Shown here one piece after another: positions 57,306 through 64,000 of a stretch of DNA of 64,000 bases. The position numbers and the translations under genes are program-made. Source of the DNA: a virus; the IMG/VR virus record IMGVR_UViG_3300043446_004167, positions 3,945 to 67,944 of that record. One strand, written 5' to 3'. Under the pieces are notes generated by a model that was given only the letters and a program-made list of their open reading frames with translations, was not told the origin of the DNA and searched no databases. How positions within the stretch are numbered: position 1 is the first letter of the stretch; each line of letters begins with the position of its first letter.

Positions 57306-59198
57306 TTATCTTATATAATTATTTTGATTATAGCTTGAAGAAGTAATATAACTTTCACCTGATATATCGTATCCTGACGCTAAAGTATCTTCAATCATAT
57401 TTACAGTTGTATACTTAGTATCAATCTGTAAGAAAAGCTCTCTCAATCCAATTATGTCATTCGATTCTGGAGTTGCTTCTATTTGTATTTCATTTCCTTG
57501 AAATGATGTAAATATTACTGAATTTAACATTATTTCACCTTTTAAGTAATCTATTGTTCCTACATTATTTCTTACAACAACAGGATTCAAATCTACTAAC
57601 TTGAAGAAAAATAAAGTACCTTCAGTCTCAGAAGTTGGTGTATCACTTAAATAAACAAGACTAGATTCTTGTTGAATTCTAAAAGCTGTTGATTTTATAT
57701 TATAACCACGCCCATCTGACATATTTGATTTTTTTACGTGAAATTGATTACCAAAGCAAATTTCATAGCTTGCATTTCGATTTAAAACCGGATATAGATT
57801 TCTACGTATTTTGATTGTTGTAATATTGGATGTAATTGCGTTATTAGTTCTATCTATTAATGAAACCAATTTGCTATATCTAAATCTACCACCAAATACA
57901 TTTAAATCTGATGAGTTTGAATAACTAGAAATGGTATTGATTACTCTACTTCTTAATTCATTTACTTTATTTACTTTACTTTTGTTATAATATACATTTG
58001 TATTTAACTCAATAAAAAGGTATTTTAAATCCACTAATTCGGGTTTAATTCCAGCGACTGAATAATTCTTTAGTTGATTTAAAATCGATGTCTTAGTTGC
58101 ATTTGATAGAAAGTTTCCATTCTTAGGTTTAACCGATATATAGACTTTCCCATATTCTGGAGTTGGAAGCTCTTCTCCACCATAAGCATTTACTGACTCC
58201 ACATTTGGAAAAATAAAAGGAATCAGTCCCTTATAATCATTTGCAGTTACTGCTCTATATTGAGATGAATATACACGAGGAGCTAGATACTTGATACTGT
58301 TTAAACTTTCAATATCATCTCCATTCTGCGATGATTGTATCGTTGATACTAGGCTTATTCCATTCGTAATAGTATTGCCATTATTATCTTCTAAGATACC
58401 ATTGAATGTAAAAGAAGCAGCTCCATTACCAACAGACCCATTTGTTACGATATAACTTACAAAAATTGTGGCATTATTTTGTGGGCTCTTACCTAGAATG
58501 TCATCTCCAAAAATAATTTGATATTTCTCATCTAATATTTCTTGAAGAAGAAACATTCGAGTTTGAGAATTTACATTAAATACATTTGTAATTTGTTGAT
58601 ACTCTTCAGTAACTGTTGTTGTGACTCTAACCTTAACTGTAGTACTATCAACTCCTGGATTTGGAATTACATATTTTTGATTATATTGTCTATCGTTAAC
58701 TATGAAAGTCTTTGTTAAATAGTTACCTTCATATATTTCAATATTATCGAAGCTCGCAATATTATCACTTCCCACTGGAACTGTTATATCTTCTGGAATG
58801 GAAAATACATAACTTCCATTTTGAACCGCACCTAATGCAACAACTCCAGCTTTTAAGGTCACTGTTCTTAATGTGGATTGTTGACCTAGTAGTGAAGTAT
58901 CTACTGTAAAACTTATATTTGCTCTTGCTGCTCTCTTTGAACGAGGTACATACCCAATATTACGAGCAAGAGATACTACATTTTCTCGAATAGTCGCACT
59001 ATCAATAAAACTCTCATTGACTGCCATATTTGTATTAAAGGCAGTTATATAAGAGTTATATGCAAGAATATCAATTAATATTGAAAAATTAGAACCTTCA
59101 AAGTCAAAATCAGTAAAATTACTATTTGTTCTTAAGTATTCCTTGATTTGACCTCTTAGACTTCTAAAATCAAGATTTGTAAATTGATTGAATGACAT
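57306..59198 (-). CDS. gp6: baseplate wedge subunit
   Basis: FTDFDFEGSN, NESFIDSAT.RENVVSLA..IGY.P.S, RAVTANDY. Confidence 0.95.
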   Translation of the reverse strand: MSFNQFTNLDFRSLRGQIKEYLRTNSNFTDFDFEGSNFSILIDILAYNSYITAFNTNMAVNESFIDSATIRENVVSLARNIGYVPRSKRAARANISFTVDTSLLGQQSTLRTVTLKAGVVALGAVQNGSYVFSIPEDITVPVGSDNIASFDNIEIYEGNYLTKTFIVNDRQYNQKYVIPNPGVDSTTVKVRVTTTVTEEYQQITNVFNVNSQTRMFLLQEILDEKYQIIFGDDILGKSPQNNATIFVSYIVTNGSVGNGAASFTFNGILEDNNGNTITNGISLVSTIQSSQNGDDIESLNSIKYLAPRVYSSQYRAVTANDYKGLIPFIFPNVESVNAYGGEELPTPEYGKVYISVKPKNGNFLSNATKTSILNQLKNYSVAGIKPELVDLKYLFIELNTNVYYNKSKVNKVNELRSRVINTISSYSNSSDLNVFGGRFRYSKLVSLIDRTNNAITSNITTIKIRRNLYPVLNRNASYEICFGNQFHVKKSNMSDGRGYNIKSTAFRIQQESSLVYLSDTPTSETEGTLFFFKLVDLNPVVVRNNVGTIDYLKGEIMLNSVIFTSFQGNEIQIEATPESNDIIGLRELFLQIDTKYTTVNMIEDTLASGYDISGESYITSSSYNQNNYIR

Positions 59199-59602
59199 TA
59201 GAGTCGAGATGGCTGAAGTATAAATTGAATCGTTTGTGTTGGAAATGGTAGTCCAACGATATCATATATAATCTCAATATCAATTTCGTGAGAGTCATCT
59301 TGAGATAGAGAATTTATCTCTTTAACTCTCACTCTTGGCTCAAAATTCTCAAGAAGATTTCGAATCTCTTCTTCTAATGAATCTGAAAAATTACTATAAT
59401 TTAACTCAAATAATGAAGAACGGAGAGAAGTTCCAATTAAATTATTAAAAAACCTCTCTCCAATTTGAGTTCTAACTAAATTCATCACTGATTTTTTTAT
59501 GGCATCTTCATTATTAATTGATATTATGTCATTTGTAATTGGATTTCGAGTAAAAGATAAACTTATATCTCTAAATGACCTTGATATATTCTTTAGTGCC
59601 AT
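59198..59602 (-). CDS. gp25: baseplate wedge subunit (lysozyme-fold)
   Basis: AIKKSV.NLV.T..GERFF, FEPRV; late promoter at 59628-59635. Confidence 0.92.
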   Translation of the reverse strand: MALKNISRSFRDISLSFTRNPITNDIISINNEDAIKKSVMNLVRTQIGERFFNNLIGTSLRSSLFELNYSNFSDSLEEEIRNLLENFEPRVRVKEINSLSQDDSHEIDIEIIYDIVGLPFPTQTIQFILQPSRL

Positions 59603-59639
59603 AAAATTGAATTGAACATATCTATATTATTTATTTATC

Positions 59640-59885
59640 TCACCCTCGAAGTACTTTTTGGTTTTTATCCACTTTATATGTGGGCTCTATTCCATATTCA
59701 AATTCATTTTCATTCTCACTCATTTCAAAAAGGTCTTGTCTTTTAATTTTAGACATACTGACTTCAGAATCATACATCACTTCTTGAATTACTTTAGGTT
59801 CTGTTACATAATCTGTAATCAATTGAACAGTTCCCCAGTTATCTTTCATATATTGTGAATTACGATCAACTTTTGAATTTGCCAT
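59640..59885 (-). CDS. hypothetical protein
   Basis: 81 aa with AAGGAG SD and WGT..LITDY motif. Confidence 0.7.
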   Translation of the reverse strand: MANSKVDRNSQYMKDNWGTVQLITDYVTEPKVIQEVMYDSEVSMSKIKRQDLFEMSENENEFEYGIEPTYKVDKNQKVLRG

Positions 59886-59894
59886 TTGTACTAA

Positions 59895-59950
59895 TTCTCC
59901 TTAATTTAGAGTAAAGGAGAAACTTTTAAAGAGGTTTCTAAATCTCTAAA
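59895..59950 (-). promoter_or_regulatory. SD-sequestering leader with an alternative fold
   Basis: TTCTCCTT pairs with the SD AAGGAGAA (8 bp); competing TTTAGAG/CTCTAAA and AGAAAC/GTTTCT stems. Confidence 0.5.
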
Positions 59951-59951
59951 A

Positions 59952-60308
59952 CTATCTATACAAGTCTCGAAGTTCATATGAGTCTGAATTACAATACTGA
60001 AGTAGTAAATTCATAATCATTTTTGGATTTCCTTCACCACAAGTATATGCATCTGCTGTCAAAGAGTTCATTTCAGGAAAAGTATGTATAGATACGTGAC
60101 TTTCCTCTAGTGCAAATATAATTGTTACTCCATAAGGACTGAATTGATGAGAAAAAATATTTAATATGTTCATTTTTGAACGTTCAATTCCTTTTCTGAG
60201 TACTTCAACGAGAGATTGAAGGTCATTTAAAAGGTCAAAAGAGACATTATAAACCTCTAAAATGAGATGTCGTCCCATTGAAATCTCTTTTTTCATTTTT
60301 TTGTGCAA
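59952..60308 (-). CDS. speD: S-adenosylmethionine decarboxylase-family pyruvoyl proenzyme
   Basis: G.HLI, F.PYGVT, E|SH.SIHT.PE self-cleavage motif, D.YTCG; late-promoter motif at 60325-60332. The start is probably a downstream ATG. Confidence 0.9.
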   Translation of the reverse strand: MHKKMKKEISMGRHLILEVYNVSFDLLNDLQSLVEVLRKGIERSKMNILNIFSHQFSPYGVTIIFALEESHVSIHTFPEMNSLTADAYTCGEGNPKMIMNLLLQYCNSDSYELRDLYR

Positions 60309-60327
60309 TGTTTGTTATAAAATTTAT

Positions 60328-60918
60328 TTATTGTATCCAAAATCCCAGTCTTTCATCATCTTCATCCTCCACATAGGTCATATTTTGATGATTTTTGAAT
60401 GAATCACCTTTCCAAACTGGAATTGCAATACGATTTTGATAGCAAAAATTTGGATTTTGTCGAATATGAGCCTCAATTAATTTCGAACCTATAAATTCAC
60501 AATTTATCCACTCATATTTTCCCGTTAGTTCATTTAAAATATTCGGAAATTCAATGATTTCATCAGTTTTTACCCAAGAATTCCATTTAGAAAAGGAATT
60601 TTTTGAGTTTCTATAACCTCGAACTGATAAAACAGGTTCTGAATAATGATAATCAATGCTTAAATGTGGACCTTCGAAGATTTCACACCAAAATTCACCA
60701 GGATGTAAGTGTTCTGTAGATGATTCTAGGTATACTTTTTTCGCACTTCGTCCCATTCCAAGAAAATTTATGGATGGCCGAACAATATAAAATCCTGGGG
60801 AAGAAACATTCATTCCCACAGGACCACATTGATAATTTAATTTTGTAGATAATTGAAGTTTATTATAAATCCAAAGGTCATCAGGATGAATCGATTTGAA
60901 TTCTTCTTCAATTGTCAT
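60328..60918 (-). CDS. conserved hypothetical protein, ATP-grasp-like candidate
   Basis: YIVRP..N..GMG, FWCE.FEG.HLS.DY, INCEFIG.KLIE.H.R.N resemble ATP-grasp motifs. Confidence 0.55.
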   Translation of the reverse strand: MTIEEEFKSIHPDDLWIYNKLQLSTKLNYQCGPVGMNVSSPGFYIVRPSINFLGMGRSAKKVYLESSTEHLHPGEFWCEIFEGPHLSIDYHYSEPVLSVRGYRNSKNSFSKWNSWVKTDEIIEFPNILNELTGKYEWINCEFIGSKLIEAHIRQNPNFCYQNRIAIPVWKGDSFKNHQNMTYVEDEDDERLGFWIQ

Positions 60919-60921
60919 TTT

Positions 60922-61056
60922 TTACCTGCCTTGACCTCTGTATTTTTTACGAGGACGATTTGCACTCGTCGCTGAGTATTTAGTATTTCGACCTTGACCT
61001 TGACGAGTATTTTTTGGAACAGACTCTAGTTTAAGTGTTTTCTTATTTACCGCCAT
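60922..61056 (-). CDS. 44-aa basic peptide (not in ORF track)
   Basis: MAVNKKTLKLESVPKNTRQGQGRNTKYSATSANRPRKKYRGQGR*; fills the gap and ends 3 nt before the next ATG. Confidence 0.7.
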   Translation of the reverse strand: MAVNKKTLKLESVPKNTRQGQGRNTKYSATSANRPRKKYRGQGR

Positions 61057-61094
61057 TTTTTTACCGTATTGAACGACTTTAGCATCTTAGCCCA

Positions 61095-61667
61095 TCAGTG
61101 CAGTGATGTCAAATTAGATAATTCTTCAACCTGAACTACATTTTTATGAGTTTTTCGTCTACCCTTACAAACTGCAACTAGTTTAGTTGCACTATAATTG
61201 TTATTCCTAGAAAATTCACTAATATTATGAATGATTTCGTAAAGCCCTGTGTCATATTTAATTTTATATGTTTTAGGTGAGGTTCCCCATCTTCCCATTT
61301 GCTGAGCTTTTCTTACATTATTACCACGAGTAATCCATTGAAGATTAGATGGATGATTATTGGTTTTATCTCCATCTATATGGTCTACACAATCTAAATT
61401 ATCTGGATTTGGTATTAAAGTTTCTGCTATTAAACGATGAAGCTGTTTTGTTTTTTTATTTTTTGCTCCACCTAAATCAACTCTAATATATCCATATCTA
61501 TTTTTATGTAAGGATAGCTCTTTTCTCCGTCCTGGTATAATTTCAATAGGTCTTGTTTGACCCCTAGGGGTACCTTTACAGAACCCCCAGGAACTAAAAA
61601 CTTTTATCTCGATATCATTTATATACAAATAATATCCAGGCCATCCCTTAATTTCGTATTCAATCAT
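61095..61667 (-). CDS. HNH homing endonuclease
   Basis: LHRLIAETLIPNP...VDHIDGDKTNN..SNLQW.T...N with a C-terminal DNA-binding-like tail. Confidence 0.9.
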   Translation of the reverse strand: MIEYEIKGWPGYYLYINDIEIKVFSSWGFCKGTPRGQTRPIEIIPGRRKELSLHKNRYGYIRVDLGGAKNKKTKQLHRLIAETLIPNPDNLDCVDHIDGDKTNNHPSNLQWITRGNNVRKAQQMGRWGTSPKTYKIKYDTGLYEIIHNISEFSRNNNYSATKLVAVCKGRRKTHKNVVQVEELSNLTSLH

Positions 61668-62425
61668 AGACAGCGAATTTTTTCGTGTCCTACTCTACAT
61701 AGTGGATCTACCCAAATCTCAAAGCCTGCTTCAATTGCATCTAAACAGAATGATACGTCCTCTCCACACATATCTTCAACTTCACCATCATTAAATGATT
61801 GCATCTTTGGCGCAAACCAAGGATACTTCATCTTCTCGTGCTCAAAGACTCCTTTCTTAATAAGTACCCATCCAAAGCCTGTATAATCTACTGTAAAGGG
61901 CTTCTTTCGTTTTGAGATGGTATCTACCATCTCGTGATTCATCACGCCTCCATTCTGCTTAAACTCCTCTCCTGATAGCCAATGTGCACAAGATGTGGTT
62001 CGCCCATCCTCTGTTGCATACCAACCACATGCAATGTCTTTCTGCATTGCAAGAATTCTATAAAATGATTCTGTATTAAAAACAATATCAGAATCAATCC
62101 ATAGCTGATAATCGTAATTAATCTTTCCATCCCAAGGTAGCTGGTCTGGTCCTCGAAGTACATTCGCTCCTAAGCATTTGCATCGAGCAAAATTCACCAT
62201 AGATGAATAATCTTGTGAAATCTGAATCGAACCTCCATTCTGAACAATCTCAAAACATAACTGAACAAAATTTTTCAGAAAAATATAAGAGACTCCTCGA
62301 CCCGGAAGGCAAAAAATAATTGACTTCCCTCGAATTAACTCTCTTGCTTTCTGAATATCAAATTCGCCTTCATTTGATACATTCTCAGGAAGTTTCGCTT
62401 TAACTGTAAAACCTTTAGGTGCCAT
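61664..62425 (-). CDS. GT-A fold glycosyltransferase-like protein
   Basis: WIDSDIVF (DxD), TGFGWVLIKKGVFE, GEDVSFC, DP..RVGH.K. Confidence 0.75.
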   Translation of the reverse strand: MAPKGFTVKAKLPENVSNEGEFDIQKARELIRGKSIIFCLPGRGVSYIFLKNFVQLCFEIVQNGGSIQISQDYSSMVNFARCKCLGANVLRGPDQLPWDGKINYDYQLWIDSDIVFNTESFYRILAMQKDIACGWYATEDGRTTSCAHWLSGEEFKQNGGVMNHEMVDTISKRKKPFTVDYTGFGWVLIKKGVFEHEKMKYPWFAPKMQSFNDGEVEDMCGEDVSFCLDAIEAGFEIWVDPLCRVGHEKIRCL

Positions 62426-62538
62426 AGTTCAATTCTCCAATAAATGTGTATAAGTTTTGTTATTTACAATATATGAAATCGTAGAGCGATTAACTCCATG
62501 AATAGTATAACATCACCTGTCAATAATATCTAGTTCAC

Positions 62539-62676
62539 TTAGTCGTCCTCTAATTTACACAGCAAATCTTCAAGCTCTTCTTTCAGTGTCGTTTGATAGA
62601 GTAATGTCTCATCGTTCTCTAAACGATGCTCGATTGTCTCTATGAGTAATTCTTTTTCGTAATCTTTGAGTTTCAT
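62539..62676 (-). CDS. 45-aa acidic helical peptide (not in ORF track)
   Basis: MKLKDYEKELLIETIEHRLENDETLLYQTTLKEELEDLLCKLEDD*. Confidence 0.5.
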   Translation of the reverse strand: MKLKDYEKELLIETIEHRLENDETLLYQTTLKEELEDLLCKLEDD

Positions 62677-62968
62677 AGCTTCTTATTTTTTATTGAGAAA
62701 TTTTTTATCCGGTCAAAAATTATATAGATTTATCAGCCTCTCAAGTTTTAAAAAATTTCCTCGGAGAAATTTTTAAAGCCATTTATATATAAATGCACGA
62801 TTAGCAACAGCCTTTTCCAAATAGTGGGACTCCTAAAATTATATACGGGGGCTTTATACCAACGGTTTCTATAAACAATAAAAAACAACAACAAATAACT
62901 GCCTATAACGAATAGAGAAACGATTACAAATAATTCACGAATACAATAAACGAAGACTGCCAATAATA

Positions 62969-63264
62969 GCTATAAAGAATAACGAATAAGTCTCCCTCTA
63001 TTCTCTATAGTCAGGGGCGAAATATAGCCCTATTGCACTGTGCTGGACTATAAAGAATAGGTAACCCTCCCCAGGTATCCCTTATTCTTTATATCACGAA
63101 ACTGGCTATAAAGAATAAACGAAGGTTTCGGATTAGATCTAATCATAAGAATTCGTTATACTATAACGAATTGGGCCGAATAATTCTTTATAGCCAGCGC
63201 CCCAATATAGCCCTATTGCACTGTGCTGGACTATAGAGAATAGGTAACCCTCCCGGCGTATCCC
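62969..63264. repeat. nested inverted and direct repeat array
   Basis: About 60-bp direct repeats at 63021-63081 and 63204-63264; TATA(A/G)AGAAT core in 7 alternating orientations; perfect 15-bp inverted repeat 63102-63116/63183-63197. Confidence 0.9.
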
Positions 63265-63285
63265 CATTAGTTAATATCCAAGAAC

Positions 63286-63414
63286 ATTCACGAAGCTGAT
63301 AATTATAATCTCAAATCATTCACGAAGTTGAGAGTATAATTATCGAAATCATTCACGAAGTTCAGAGAATAAAAAAAGACTAAGGAATTGTTTCCTTAGT
63401 CTTTATTCACGAAG
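63286..63414 (+). repeat. four ATTCACGAAG direct repeats
   Basis: Copies start at 63286, 63318, 63351 and 63405. Confidence 0.88.
63371..63404 (-). terminator. intrinsic terminator
   Basis: AAAGACTAAGGAA-acaa-TTCCTTAGTCTTT followed by a T-run on the minus strand. Confidence 0.85.
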
Positions 63415-63434
63415 TTCAGAGTTGATTTCAATAA

Positions 63435-63656
63435 TTATTCATTTACACGAATACCGAGTCGCATAATGTTATGCGGATCATCTACATCGTCATAATCATC
63501 AGAAGGAAAATAAACTGACATATTTATATCATTACCTTCAGAACCATCTTCAAAGCTAATAAAATCAAGAGGCATATCACCGTGAGTTTCCATAATAATA
63601 CGAAGTGAATCCAGACTTGCAATCAATTCAGAAAGAGTAGAAACGTTGATTTCCAT
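63435..63656 (-). CDS. small acidic hypothetical protein
   Basis: 73-aa ATG ORF followed by a terminator. Confidence 0.6.
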   Translation of the reverse strand: MEINVSTLSELIASLDSLRIIMETHGDMPLDFISFEDGSEGNDINMSVYFPSDDYDDVDDPHNIMRLGIRVNE

Positions 63657-63707
63657 AATAAATTGAAAGAATGAGAATTGGAAAAAGAATAACGAAACTA
63701 ATTGAAC

Positions 63708-64000
63708 TCAGACGGAATAAAGAATACCGTCATCATCCATCGTAACAATATTCATATCAATGAGAGGTTGAATCTCATTAAAATACTTGTGAAACTCACC
63801 ATCTTTGAGTTGATAATATCCAGTCTTTGTCAAGTGATTAACAATACGCTCCTGAAGTTCGCTGTATTCATATTCTTCATCTTCGTCGCTATTGTTATTG
63901 TCATCATCTTCATTCCGAATCGCATTCAGAATGTCGTCAAGTTCAATTTCATCAGTATCATTATTGTCATCATCTTCATTCCGAATCGCATTCAGAATGT
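63708..64000 (-). CDS. acidic protein with a 22-aa tandem repeat (partial, start outside the window; not in ORF track)
   Basis: ...ILNAIRNEDDDNNDTDEIELDD ILNAIRNEDDDNNNSDEDEEY...DDDGILYSV*; 40-bp identity at 63895-63934 and 63961-64000. Confidence 0.7.
   Translation of the reverse strand, partial: ILNAIRNEDDDNNDTDEIELDDILNAIRNEDDDNNNSDEDEEYEYSELQERIVNHLTKTGYYQLKDGEFHKYFNEIQPLIDMNIVTMDDDGILYSV

Noticed and set aside
62748-62963. 71-aa hydrophobic ORF in the ORF track
   Set aside because: Its hydrophobicity follows from the A-rich repeat tract read on the T-rich strand, and there is no clear SD. Probably non-coding, though not excluded.
62969-63414. CRISPR or mini-CRISPR array
   Set aside because: The repeats alternate in orientation or are only 10 bp, spacers are irregular and partly repeated, and no cas gene is in the window.
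1-64000. tRNA, rRNA or photosynthesis genes
   Set aside because: No cloverleaf with T-loop/CCA, rRNA-like tract or psbA/hli-type ORF was seen in the intergenic gaps or the ORF set.

Overview
This window is a 64-kb, AT-rich segment of a T4-like myovirus with cyanomyophage (Kyanoviridae-like) gene order. The host cannot be determined from the window. Almost all genes are on the minus strand. Reading right to left: a repeat-rich non-coding region (about 62.7-63.4 kb); a GT-A/HNH/ATP-grasp-like/speD cluster; baseplate genes (gp25, gp6, gp7 in two in-frame pieces, gp8, a 2372-aa protein); neck, terminase, tail and head genes (gp13-gp23, gp3); then uvsY, uvsW, gp55, gp47/46, gp45/44/62, regA, hsp20 and DNA polymerase gp43. 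Highlights: (1) gp43 is a fractured gene, with a Ser1/Ser+1 split intein whose halves flank a Vsr-like endonuclease; the C-terminal half is missing from the ORF track. (2) The terminase holds two non-canonical inteins, one class 3 (Ala1) and one Gln-terminal. (3) A nested palindrome, direct-repeat and phased-iteron locus lies at 62.97-63.41 kb. (4) An orphan perfect sigma70 promoter with cGAAg hairpins lies between gp55 and uvsW. (5) gp7 is interrupted by one in-frame TAA followed by a strong SD. (6) A two-state SD-sequestering leader follows speD. (7) There are candidate capsid-targeted polyprotein, NblA-like and nuclease/Mom-like fusion genes. All family assignments come from motif recognition by eye; no database searches were run.
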